A stretch of 64,000 nucleotides of DNA from positions 6,467 through 70,466 of the forward strand of contig JAZRCM010000015.1 in assembly GCA_045659785.1 (NCBI GenBank). Reading direction: 5' to 3'. Below are positions 1 through 9,447 of the stretch, in pieces. The notes under the pieces are model-generated. The model worked only from the letters and a program-made list of their open reading frames with translations. It was not told the origin of the DNA and made no database searches. The translations under genes were made by a program, and so were the position numbers. Positions within the stretch are counted from its first letter, which is position 1. Every line of letters begins with the position of its first letter. The stretch comes from Alphaproteobacteria bacterium (GTDB lineage: Bacteria > Pseudomonadota > Alphaproteobacteria > RF32 > CAG-239).

Positions 1-98
1 CAAACATAATCCAAATCTCTAAAATCAATACCGTTAGCAGGTGCATTACCTACTCTGGGAGGAACACCGCCATTATTCAAAAAATCAAGATCAATCAT
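1..98 (-). CDS. Hypothetical protein, N-terminal fragment (continues off the left edge)
   Basis: ATG at 98 preceded by AAAGGGAG SD; open frame MIDLDFLNNGGVPPRVGNAPANGIDFRDLDYV to the window edge. Confidence 0.6.
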   Translation of the reverse strand, partial: MIDLDFLNNGGVPPRVGNAPANGIDFRDLDYV

Positions 99-254
99 TG
101 TCAACTCCCTTTACCTCAAGGATATTACCATTTTTGATATAAAATACACAAATAAACTTAATAAAATGTTATTCGTTCAATAAATTGAAATGATTTGAAT
201 AAAAAAATAGGGAACAGAAAACTGCTCCCTAAATCGTCATCATTAATCAATAGC

Positions 255-692
255 CTACTCAACAGGCAACTTGATAACGATTTTCTTGACCTTGTGTGGT
301 CCGTCGAGATGAGTACAAGGCTTGTGTGCATCCTGAGGATACAGAACACAGAACTCGCCTGCATGTAACTCCTCTTTTCTGACCTGCTTCACCAGACCAT
401 TCATAAACACGATATCGTGTACGTACGGAACGGTAACCTCAAACTCCGGAGAGTTGACATCTGCGACCTCGATAATCTCCTGTCCTTCAACGATAATCTG
501 AACGTCGATGAACTTGCGATGAGCCTCGAAATCTTTCTCCGTTGTGCCTACAGTCGTATACTCTTCTGCGTTTGCATAAGCGTCGCCTTCGAATTCGTAT
601 CTTCCCGGTTTGAAGTCAATAAGCAATGCGAGGACCTGGTCAACCATTGCATCTGTCACGCCTGGGCATGACTTAAGTGCTGAAATATTCAT
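255..692 (-). CDS. YhcH/YjgK/YiaL (DUF386, NanQ-like) family protein
   Basis: Motifs FEAHRKFIDVQIIVEGQE and FCVLYPQDAHKP, C-terminal VKKIVIKLP. Confidence 0.88.
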   Translation of the reverse strand: MNISALKSCPGVTDAMVDQVLALLIDFKPGRYEFEGDAYANAEEYTTVGTTEKDFEAHRKFIDVQIIVEGQEIIEVADVNSPEFEVTVPYVHDIVFMNGLVKQVRKEELHAGEFCVLYPQDAHKPCTHLDGPHKVKKIVIKLPVE

Positions 693-722
693 AATAAGTA
701 TTAATTTTTAATTAGTTACCTA

Positions 723-752
723 TTTTATATAGTATTTTGGCAATTTTGTCAA
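723..752 (-). promoter_or_regulatory. Putative sigma70 promoter of the YhcH-family gene
   Basis: Minus strand TTGACA followed after about 17-19 nt by TATAAA/TAAAAT. Confidence 0.5.
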
Positions 753-852
753 TAGGATAAGTTCTATTTATCACTTGAAAAAAACTTTATATGATTCTAC
801 CATAAATTACGATTGGCAAAAAAGTGCTATAACCAACCGTAAGGATTATTAA

Positions 853-1950
853 ATGACTCAAATAATTGACTCTACCGAATTAGACTTTTGTGATGTTTTG
901 TTCAAACCCAAAAGAACTACCCTCAACTCCCGCAGTGAAGCCAATGTTATCAGAGAATATAAGTTCAAATATTATCCGCATACTATCAACTCTTGCGGTA
1001 TAATTGCCGCTAATATGGCAACCACCGGAACTTTTGAAATCAACGATGTTTTACAAAAATATCAGGCAATAACTTGCTTGCACAAACACTACGATTTTAA
1101 CAACGAAGAAAATCGAAAATATCTTATTCAAAACTATAAACAAAATCAAAATGCCTATACTTTTGTTTCTACCGGCTTGAAAGACGATAAAGAAAAATTG
1201 TTCGCCATTTTATCGGATAAAGAATTTCCGATTGATAAACTTTGTATCGATATTGCAAACGGTTATATCCCCAAGTTGATAGATTTTGTTAAAGAAGTTC
1301 GCACAAACTTCCCTCACCTGTTGATTATGGTCGGCAATGTTGTTACCGGTGATATGACACAAGATTTGATATTAAATGGTGCCGATATTGTAAAAGTCGG
1401 CATAGGTCCGGGCTCCGTTTGTACTACACGTAAACTCACAGGTGTCGGCAGGCCACAATTATCCGCCATTTTAGAATGTTCTGATGCCGCTCACGGTGTT
1501 GGTGGTTTAGTATGTGCAGATGGCGGTTGCACTTGTGCCGGAGACGTTGCAAAAGCCTTTGGTGCCGGAGCTGATTTTGTTATGTTAGGCGGAATGTTTG
1601 CCGGAACTGACGAAGCAGCCGGAGAATTGATTGAAAAAACAATTCAAACAAATCTCGTTTGTGATGGCAAACTAGTAACCAAACAAGAAAAATATAAACA
1701 ATTTTACGGTATGTCTTCTCAACTTGCACAAGAAAAACACTTTGGCGGAATGGCTTGTTATCGTGCTTCAGAAGGAAAAGTTGTTGAAGTTCCTTATAAA
1801 GGCTCAGCTGAAAGTGTTATCCAAGAGATTTTAGGCGGTATCCGTTCTACAATGTCTTATATCGGTGCACGCAGATTGAAAGATATTGCAAAATGCACAA
1901 CTTTTTACCGAGTAAATCGTCAACTGAACGAAGTATTCGGTAAAAGTTAA
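853..1950 (+). CDS. guaC: GMP reductase
   Basis: [51 protein letters not shown]. Confidence 0.95.
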   Translation: MTQIIDSTELDFCDVLFKPKRTTLNSRSEANVIREYKFKYYPHTINSCGIIAANMATTGTFEINDVLQKYQAITCLHKHYDFNNEENRKYLIQNYKQNQNAYTFVSTGLKDDKEKLFAILSDKEFPIDKLCIDIANGYIPKLIDFVKEVRTNFPHLLIMVGNVVTGDMTQDLILNGADIVKVGIGPGSVCTTRKLTGVGRPQLSAILECSDAAHGVGGLVCADGGCTCAGDVAKAFGAGADFVMLGGMFAGTDEAAGELIEKTIQTNLVCDGKLVTKQEKYKQFYGMSSQLAQEKHFGGMACYRASEGKVVEVPYKGSAESVIQEILGGIRSTMSYIGARRLKDIAKCTTFYRVNRQLNEVFGKS

Positions 1951-1967
1951 TACACTAATTTTATATC

Positions 1968-2014
1968 AAAGCTCTGAAATGGCACTCTGCAACGAGAATC
2001 ATTTCAGAGCTTTT
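1968..2014. terminator. Likely bidirectional intrinsic terminator
   Basis: aaagctctgaaatg...catttcagagcttt inverted repeat between convergent genes. Confidence 0.6.
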
Positions 2015-2061
2015 CCATTATCGACTAAAATAACAAAACAAGAATAGCCATATATTTGCAA

Positions 2062-3261
2062 TTACAAAGAATTACCTCTTTTACGCAAAACAGCACCCAT
2101 TGCTATAGATTGCTCAGTTTGAGAAACAGTAGCTGTTTCAACGTCATTTTTAACTTCAGATAATTGCAATTTACCTTTTGCTTCCGAAATTATATTCCCC
2201 ATATCACAAGTTCTTTTTCCGTCTTTCTTAATAAGATCAACTGTTTTACCGTCCTCTCGATAATATACTTCCGTTCCGTCCTTCGCAGATGTGCGACGTA
2301 TGGTTCCGTCTTTACGATAATATGTACTGTTTCCGTCTTTATCTCGGGTACTTTTTAATGTTTTACCGTCTTCTTGATAATGATGCCAACTACCATCAGG
2401 AAAATGAACACTATCCAGAGTTTTACCATCCTCACGATAGTGATACCACGTTCCGTCAGCAGAGCGAGTACTATCGATTGTTTTACCATCTTCTCGATAA
2501 TAAGTGCTATTACCGTCTTTATCTCGAGTACTTTTTAGAGTTTTACCGTCTTCTCGATAACTTCTAAAAACTCCATCTTTATCAAATTCAAAATCTACTG
2601 TCTTACCGTCTTCCCGATAGTGTGTTGAGTTGCCGTCTTTATCTCGAAATGACCTTAAGGTTTTTCCGTCTTCTCTATAACTTCTATAACTTCCATCGGT
2701 TGATAATACAGTGGCAATACTGTTATCTTTTTCTCTATATCCGATATTATTACCATGCTCATCATTTTTATAATAGATTTTTTCCAAAGAGGTGAAATTT
2801 CCTTCATTGTCAAATACACATGATACAGTTTTACCATCTTCTTGAAAATATGTGCTGTTTCCGTCTTTATCTCGAGTACTTTTTAATGTTATGCCATCTT
2901 CCCTATAATGATACCAACTTCCGTCTGCCGAATGAACACTATCTACTGTTTTGCCGTCTTCTCGATAATAAGTGATATTTCCTTCTTTATCTCTAGAACT
3001 TTTAGGTGTTACACCATCCTCTCTATAACTTTGAAAACAACTGTTTGGAACAAGATCTAAAGTTTCAGAATTATTGTTTTTTTCTGTTGTATTCGCTTTA
3101 CCGGGGGTAAATTTGTCTTTCATTTTATCTAAAAAAGATTTTATTTGATCTTCTAAATCAATATCATTTTTAAATTCTTCCAATTCGGTAATTTCACTAT
3201 GGCTTATATTATCCCCTTTGGATAATAGCGATTTAATACGTGCTTGTAATTTCTTTAGCAT
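2062..3261 (-). CDS. Orphan repeat protein with ~20-aa YREDGKT beta-hairpin repeats (DUF2963-like)
   Basis: About a dozen copies of YREDGKT(V/L)xSxxxxDG; C-terminal tail LRKRGNSL. Confidence 0.75.
   Translation of the reverse strand: MLKKLQARIKSLLSKGDNISHSEITELEEFKNDIDLEDQIKSFLDKMKDKFTPGKANTTEKNNNSETLDLVPNSCFQSYREDGVTPKSSRDKEGNITYYREDGKTVDSVHSADGSWYHYREDGITLKSTRDKDGNSTYFQEDGKTVSCVFDNEGNFTSLEKIYYKNDEHGNNIGYREKDNSIATVLSTDGSYRSYREDGKTLRSFRDKDGNSTHYREDGKTVDFEFDKDGVFRSYREDGKTLKSTRDKDGNSTYYREDGKTIDSTRSADGTWYHYREDGKTLDSVHFPDGSWHHYQEDGKTLKSTRDKDGNSTYYRKDGTIRRTSAKDGTEVYYREDGKTVDLIKKDGKRTCDMGNIISEAKGKLQLSEVKNDVETATVSQTEQSIAMGAVLRKRGNSL
2225..3030 (-). repeat. Intragenic degenerate tandem repeats, ~60 bp period
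   Basis: Recurring ttttaccgtcttctcgataa and ccgtctttatctcgagtacttttta units. Confidence 0.8.
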
Positions 3262-3439
3262 TTTAACACACTCTCAAATTTCATAAAATATAGCAAATTG
3301 TAACATATTTACATATGATTAGCAACTGAATAAAATTCTTTGACAATCAAGAAATCAGGGATTTTTTTGCAGAGTATAAAAAGAGTATACATAAACAGAA
3401 AAATCCCTAATTTATGTATTAGTTACTCGTTACACACGT

Positions 3440-3490
3440 TTACCAAGCGTAGTTTAGACCGACACCTAATGAAGTTGCATCATAGTTATT
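3440..3490 (-). pseudogene. 3' remnant of an autotransporter gene
   Basis: Minus strand reads NNYDATSLGVGLNYAW*, matching the end of the autotransporter at 56758-60201 (SSYDATALGLGLNYTW*); similarity is lost upstream. Confidence 0.75.
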
Positions 3491-3605
3491 ATATCTAAAT
3501 CCTCTCCTCACGCAAAACGTGTCAAATCTATAAGGTTTGATTATAAAATGACTTTCCCGAGTTTACTCGGGTATAAGTATTAAATATAATCTAAATTATC
3601 AAAAC

Positions 3606-5057
3606 TTACTCTGCTTTTTGCAGTTCAAACATAACGTTTTTGAAAGAATTTAGAGCTGTCTCTAAATTCTCAACAACTTCATTAGCTAGAACTTCCGGTT
3701 CAGGTAGATTTTCAAGGCTCTCCAAACTTTCATCCTTTAGCCAAGTAATATCAAGGCTTACCTTATCGCGCTTGATTATCTCGTCATAGCTAAACTTCTT
3801 AAAGCGTTCGCTCTCTGTCCTCGCCATAATATTATCTGCGTTATAGCACTTAATAAAGTCTGCTAAATGGCTGTCATTCAAAGAGTTTGTGACCAAGCTT
3901 AAATTCAGATTGGTGCGTAAGTCGTAGAACCACACATCATTTGTGCGGTGTCCTTTATCAAGCGGTGGGTATTTATCAAAGAAAATAACGTTAGCCTTAA
4001 CGCCCTGCGCATAAAAAATACCGGTAGGCAGACGCAAAACCGTATGCAGATTAAACTCATTTAACAAACGACGACGTATTTTTTCGCCGGCTCCGCCCTC
4101 AAACAACACATTATCCGGCACAACCACCGCTGCACGACCATGCGTATTCAAAATTGTCATAATATGTTGCACAAAATTGAGCTGCTTGTTTGAAGTTGTG
4201 GCAATAAAGTCATCACGGTTGTATTCTTCTTTTTCCGTTGTAACCGAGCCGTCTTCACCAATAATTTTAAGCCCGCCTTTTTTACCAAACGGAGGGTTTG
4301 CAAGCACCATATCATAACGCTTATCACCGGCATTCATCAATGAATCACCTTCTGTCACCGGAGAATTTTTGCCACCTATACCGTGTAAATACATATTCAT
4401 AGCGCACAAGCTCACAACCAATGGTGTAATATCGGTCCCGAAAAGCTTTTTCTCTTTTAAGGCTTTGATTTTTTCTCTATCCTGCGTTTGCTTTTTCATA
4501 TATTCATAGGCAATCAGCAAAAAGCCACCGGTTCCGCAAGCAGGGTCAACAACAGTTGTTTCCGGTGTCGGGCGCATAACTTCAACCATCGCCCGAATGA
4601 GCGGACGCGGCGTAAAATATACACCGGCTCCACTCTTTGCATCTTTAGCAGTTTTTTCCAACAAACCTTCATATATTTCGCCCTTAACATCAATATCCAG
4701 TCCCATCCATGTTTCGCCGTTAATCAGCGAAATTAAGCGTGATAAATTTGCCGGATTAGAAATTTTATTACTTGCTTTTTTATAAATGGTGCCGATAATC
4801 CCTGTTTGTTTAGAAAGTTTATCCAATATATTTTGGTATTTATCAGAAAGCTCTGTTCCTGAAAGTTTAAGCAAATTAGACCAGCGGCAATCGGCCGGCA
4901 ACAAAGACTCATCATTGAGTAAATCGGTGCGTTCTTCATCCATTTTTAAGAACAGAAGATAAGTAAGCTGTGACACATAGTCTAAATATTCAACACCTGA
5001 TTGCGCCAATACGCTGGCATAATTCCAAACTTTTGTAACGAGATTATTTTCAGTCAT
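3606..5057 (-). CDS. hsdM: Type I restriction-modification methyltransferase subunit M
   Basis: GVYFTPR, VDPACGTGGFL (SAM binding), LANPPFG (N6-adenine motif IV), RLPTGIFYAQGVKANV. Confidence 0.96.
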   Translation of the reverse strand: MTENNLVTKVWNYASVLAQSGVEYLDYVSQLTYLLFLKMDEERTDLLNDESLLPADCRWSNLLKLSGTELSDKYQNILDKLSKQTGIIGTIYKKASNKISNPANLSRLISLINGETWMGLDIDVKGEIYEGLLEKTAKDAKSGAGVYFTPRPLIRAMVEVMRPTPETTVVDPACGTGGFLLIAYEYMKKQTQDREKIKALKEKKLFGTDITPLVVSLCAMNMYLHGIGGKNSPVTEGDSLMNAGDKRYDMVLANPPFGKKGGLKIIGEDGSVTTEKEEYNRDDFIATTSNKQLNFVQHIMTILNTHGRAAVVVPDNVLFEGGAGEKIRRRLLNEFNLHTVLRLPTGIFYAQGVKANVIFFDKYPPLDKGHRTNDVWFYDLRTNLNLSLVTNSLNDSHLADFIKCYNADNIMARTESERFKKFSYDEIIKRDKVSLDITWLKDESLESLENLPEPEVLANEVVENLETALNSFKNVMFELQKAE

Positions 5058-5702
5058 TTATTCCGCCACTTTTATAATTTCCTCAAAAACAACATGAGCA
5101 TTAGTATATGTTCCATCCATGTTATCTTCATTAAAACCTAATAATTTTGCATTTTGAATAGCTTTAGGTAAATCATTTCCCACAATATCAAATATATTTT
5201 TTGCATTTTTAAATTTACCTAAATCCGTAAAATTTTGATTATAATACCTATTAATTTCTTTCATTACTTCTTTGCAACACTTTTCTGAATTTGTAAATTG
5301 CGGTGCTACTGATCTCGTATGTAGTAACAACCAATATTCATAGCATGGACTATTATATATAGTTCCCATATCTGTTCGTTTTGCATTTTCTGATATAATA
5401 TTTTTAATGTCTTTTAACTTGTTTTGGTCTTTATCAAAACATGCAATTACCATATATCCGTTTGGGTAACTGTCTTTTATTCTTTCAAGTTCTTTTCTTT
5501 TGTTTTTAGCACTTAACTGCACGGACTTAGCATCATTTCCTCTATTCGATTTTTCTTTTTGTATAACAATTTTTTTTCCATCATACAGTTTCTTTAGTCC
5601 ATTTAAATAGCATTGCATAGATTCCGCATCTTCACATACAAAATAGTACAATTTATACGGTAATTCTCTCTGTTGAATCTTTGGATTTATTTTTCTAGCC
5701 AT
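5058..5702 (-). CDS. RloB-like (AbiLii-like) protein
   Basis: FVCED..SMQCY, CFDKD, NSPCYEYWLLLH, TYTNAHVVFE; directly downstream of an AAA_21 ATPase. Confidence 0.8.
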   Translation of the reverse strand: MARKINPKIQQRELPYKLYYFVCEDAESMQCYLNGLKKLYDGKKIVIQKEKSNRGNDAKSVQLSAKNKRKELERIKDSYPNGYMVIACFDKDQNKLKDIKNIISENAKRTDMGTIYNSPCYEYWLLLHTRSVAPQFTNSEKCCKEVMKEINRYYNQNFTDLGKFKNAKNIFDIVGNDLPKAIQNAKLLGFNEDNMDGTYTNAHVVFEEIIKVAE

Positions 5703-7001
5703 TTATAGTAACTCCACACTAGGTACTGCCCCATATACACCATCCATATAGGCCTCATAGAAGGAAATATTCTTTCTATTCAAGTTTTTAAAATCACTTA
5801 ATGAATAAAGATCAGAATAAAACCCATTATTTAATTCTTTACTCGTAAACCATATTTGATCACGAGACAGATGTTCTCCATCCATCAGATAATGAGCATG
5901 AGAAGTAAATATGAGTTGTGCGTTATTCTTATTAATATCCGGATTATTAAACAGCGAAACTAAATATTTGACCAAGTAGGGGTGTAGTGCATTATCCAAT
6001 TCATCAATAAAAATAACTCCTCCGGTATTCATTGTATCAAGTAACGGACCTGACATAGATAAAAATGTTTTAGTACCAGCAGATTCCATATTTTTGAAGT
6101 CAAACTCCTTTGATGTACCTTCTTCTGTTTTATGATAACTCTTAATATCAAGAACTCTTGATTTTTTATTTGATACCACCGATTTTAATATTAGTTCTGC
6201 AAGTTTATCTGGTTCTTGCTCCAAAGCATCTTTAACATCTTTCATAAGTTCTTCAACAGGAACTTCTTTTACGGATATATCATTAATTCCTAAATCTGCT
6301 TGCTTTAACAAATTAATGATACCATTTCCTTTCCCTTCCGCAATTTTTTGAATTGAAAAATTATGAGATAAGGAATGGGAATCTGCAATTCTTATATTAT
6401 TTATCAATTCATTATAAGCTTCTTGCACTTCTTTTATTTGACAATTATAATTATTTATTAACAAAGGTAAAAACAGTCTATTATTTAAAGTTTCATCACA
6501 CCATCTTTGTAAAATTCCCTTAGACTTCTCAAAAACAGGCTTTCCGTCAACAAATATTCTATTGTACACTCTATTTCTTAGAGCAGAGCCGTTTTGATAA
6601 ATTGGAGAATAAAACAAACTTTCTTTTTGTATAATATTATTAAAAACTTCTACCCCGTATTCGTACAAAATATCATTTACAATAAATTGTATTTCAAAAC
6701 TCATCGGTTTATTCAAATTATTATCCGTAAGAGCATATCTTTCGTCAGGCCAAGTATCTTCCACATTCATTTTAGTACTTTTTTTTATCATGTACTTTAT
6801 AAATTTCAGAGCATACAGTACATTAGACTTACCCGATGCATTGGATCCGAAGATACCTGCAGTACGATAAAGTCGAGGAATTTTTTTTAATTTTGTTTCT
6901 ATTAAATTATACATTTTTCCATTTTGTGACAACGGTTCCATAGAAAAAGTTACTTCTTCTTTAAAACTTCTGAAATTACCAAACTTAAACTCAACTAACA
7001 T
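5703..7001 (-). CDS. AAA_21/AbiEii-type ATPase (RloA/AbiLi-like)
   Basis: NFRSFKE, Walker A GSNASGKS, ESAGT signature, Walker B IFIDELDNALHP, QLIFTSH, RDQIWF, Y..G.YGAVP. Confidence 0.9.
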   Translation of the reverse strand: MLVEFKFGNFRSFKEEVTFSMEPLSQNGKMYNLIETKLKKIPRLYRTAGIFGSNASGKSNVLYALKFIKYMIKKSTKMNVEDTWPDERYALTDNNLNKPMSFEIQFIVNDILYEYGVEVFNNIIQKESLFYSPIYQNGSALRNRVYNRIFVDGKPVFEKSKGILQRWCDETLNNRLFLPLLINNYNCQIKEVQEAYNELINNIRIADSHSLSHNFSIQKIAEGKGNGIINLLKQADLGINDISVKEVPVEELMKDVKDALEQEPDKLAELILKSVVSNKKSRVLDIKSYHKTEEGTSKEFDFKNMESAGTKTFLSMSGPLLDTMNTGGVIFIDELDNALHPYLVKYLVSLFNNPDINKNNAQLIFTSHAHYLMDGEHLSRDQIWFTSKELNNGFYSDLYSLSDFKNLNRKNISFYEAYMDGVYGAVPSVELL

Positions 7002-7067
7002 AATACACCTTTCTTTGCGTTTTTTTTACAGAGAATAGCTTAATATATATACTTTATTATATTAAAG

Positions 7068-8384
7068 TCAATATTTATATATTTTCTTTCCTTTGGTTTT
7101 GGAGAGAGTTTGTTTTTCTTTTTTGATGCGGGCGAGGAGGACGGAAGCCGGTTCGTCGTTGGGGTTTTGAGCAACGAGTTTGCCCTCAAAAGCTTTTTTG
7201 AGGATTGATTGTTTGAGCTTATCAGCTTTTTCTAAACCCTCATTAACGGCTTTTTCTAACTCATCTGCCACCGCAAAACGCTTTTCTATTTCCTCCAACA
7301 GTTGTCTTTGTTCATCTAAAGGAGGAAGAGGGAACAAAATGTCACTTAATGTTGATAAATTAATATTTTTTTGCGCTGTGGCTGGAGCATACTTCTCCAA
7401 AGTGTTTTTTATGGTACGAATGTAATATTCAACCAATTCAACAGCATACAAATGTTCATTTTTTATAAATCCAACAACACTGTCTGGAAAGCATGCTTTA
7501 ATTTTAAGAATAGCTGTTTCTGCAATATTGGCGGCAATTGTTATGCATAAGGTATCTTCATCCCATAATTTGCTCTGAGACAAACCAAACTCACTGTATG
7601 TTTGGTGATATTCTGCTATGTATTTATTTGCCTTTTTGATATCTCCTGTCTGAATAAACGGATATTTCCCACCATATAATTTTTCATCATCCCTTGGACG
7701 ATGTTTAGATTTTCCTCTATTCAGTTCTCCTATATCAGGCAACTTACACCACACCCATGTTTCAGGTATTGTATATAACGTAATATCAGATTTAATGTTT
7801 TGTTTGCGCTGAGAATTGGCTTTTCGCCATTTTTCTGTAAGTTTGCCTTCAAAGGCTGATTTTAGGACGGATTGGCGATATTGTTTAATCTGTGCCTGTG
7901 CTGATTTTAAGCGCTCTACACCCTCATCAATATCTTGAAACAACGCCTCAATCTTCTCCACAATCCTTTCCTGCTCCGCCAACGGCGGAAGATTTATAGG
8001 ATAATTTTCTAAATTACCTAATCTTATAAAATTTGTAGCAACACCGAACTGCTTATCTTTATTATAATTTTTCCAGTTTAATAATATAGAAAAATATAAG
8101 TACCGTTCATTGATTGCAATTTTATCTAAAACATATGTTCTTTGATAGGCATCAAATTTTCCTTGATAATATCCGACATAACCAACATTTGCACCATTTC
8201 CCGGTAAATAAATACAATTTCCGTCAAATGAAAAAGTATTTATTCTAAGGGGCTCAAGAGCGCATGTAAAAAAGGGATAATTACCATTCTCAACAGCAGC
8301 ATTTGCATCAAGTTTTCCCGTTTGAATATTTGCAATATCCTTAATACAACACTCGCACCAATTTAACGGAAGTTCATTCGGCAT
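7068..8384 (-). CDS. hsdS: Type I restriction-modification specificity subunit S
   Basis: Two TRDs separated by LPPLAEQERIV/LPPLDEQ and KAFEGKL conserved regions; tail NPNDEPASVLLARI; start placed at MPNELP. Confidence 0.93.
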   Translation of the reverse strand: MPNELPLNWCECCIKDIANIQTGKLDANAAVENGNYPFFTCALEPLRINTFSFDGNCIYLPGNGANVGYVGYYQGKFDAYQRTYVLDKIAINERYLYFSILLNWKNYNKDKQFGVATNFIRLGNLENYPINLPPLAEQERIVEKIEALFQDIDEGVERLKSAQAQIKQYRQSVLKSAFEGKLTEKWRKANSQRKQNIKSDITLYTIPETWVWCKLPDIGELNRGKSKHRPRDDEKLYGGKYPFIQTGDIKKANKYIAEYHQTYSEFGLSQSKLWDEDTLCITIAANIAETAILKIKACFPDSVVGFIKNEHLYAVELVEYYIRTIKNTLEKYAPATAQKNINLSTLSDILFPLPPLDEQRQLLEEIEKRFAVADELEKAVNEGLEKADKLKQSILKKAFEGKLVAQNPNDEPASVLLARIKKEKQTLSKTKGKKIYKY

Positions 8385-9435
8385 TTTGTGGACTTTCATC
8401 AAAGAATATAGTTATATAGACGGGCTTTGGAGAACGAAAAGAAGCGGCTTCTTCCGTATATTCTATATTATCAAACGTTTCTTTAATTACATCATTTAAT
8501 TTTTTTTCTTTCATATCTTCTGGATAAACAATTTTATCGCCCAAAGTTACAAAAAATTTGTGAGGAATAGGTGTCTTATATTTTATTAAATTCTTATATG
8601 GTTTTGCTATTTGAAAAGTCGTTGAAACTTCCTCTAATTGTCGTATACACCCCCATACATTTACAGAATTTTCAAACTTTAGACACCTAAAAATTTCTAA
8701 AGAAGATTGAGTAAGCATCTTATGATTAAAGGGTAGACCATATGCATACCCTGGAAAGAGTTGAATACAAAATTTTCCTATTCTATGATGGGAAAAACGA
8801 TCAATATAATCCGATGCAATGGCTTGTTCACACGTTCTTAAGAAACCATAATCTTCTGCCATAGAAATAGCTTCAATATGTTTATCATAATCTCCAAAAT
8901 AGAAACCATGCTCATCACAAAAAGGAAATATCTCTCGTTCCAATAAATTAATAATATTTCTATTTAAATCTTTGCATAAATTAACTGTCTTTTTACTAAC
9001 TGTATTTGGTTTACACGCTTCTTCTGTATATAACCTTGCCCAAAAGTTGATAAAATCTTCATCCGTTGTTTCAGATGCCGCATTTTGTATTGCAAATAAG
9101 TTGTCAGTATCCTCTATATTTTGTGGTAAATCTTCACCATTCTTTTCTTTTTCTGCTAAGTTTTCAGCAACATTCACGGCTAAAAGGCATTGACTTCTTT
9201 CTCGTCTAATGTAATTGGCTTCGGCAAAACTTTTTGCCTTAATAATTTCCGCTTGTCCATGAAGATATGCTGCAGGCACACAAAACAAGGTATTTCCTGT
9301 ATTTTTTACAATATTAAGTGTTTGTTCCGGCAATTTCATTAAACTGGCTAATCCTTCTGAAAGATTCTCTAACATTTGACCTGTTTTCTTATCAACTTTT
9401 TCAGGTAGATTTATATTTAAATTTGCTTCAACCAT
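8374..9435 (-). CDS. DUF2806-like protein embedded in the hsd operon
   Basis: AASETTDEDFINFWARLYTEEACKPNTVSKKTV resembles the DUF2806 core (A..vSde....W..il..E...P...S..t). Confidence 0.65.
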   Translation of the reverse strand: MVEANLNINLPEKVDKKTGQMLENLSEGLASLMKLPEQTLNIVKNTGNTLFCVPAAYLHGQAEIIKAKSFAEANYIRRERSQCLLAVNVAENLAEKEKNGEDLPQNIEDTDNLFAIQNAASETTDEDFINFWARLYTEEACKPNTVSKKTVNLCKDLNRNIINLLEREIFPFCDEHGFYFGDYDKHIEAISMAEDYGFLRTCEQAIASDYIDRFSHHRIGKFCIQLFPGYAYGLPFNHKMLTQSSLEIFRCLKFENSVNVWGCIRQLEEVSTTFQIAKPYKNLIKYKTPIPHKFFVTLGDKIVYPEDMKEKKLNDVIKETFDNIEYTEEAASFRSPKPVYITIFFDESPQNAE

Positions 9436-9447
9436 CTCTTTTCCTCC

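Noticed and set aside
2225-3030. Regularly spaced repeats as a possible CRISPR array
   Set aside because: Repeats are degenerate, in frame and protein-coding, with no unique spacers or cas genes
3357-3408. Inverted repeat agggattttt...aaaaatccct as a possible small RNA
   Set aside because: Short AT-rich stem with a long loop; more simply the terminator of the lost autotransporter, or chance
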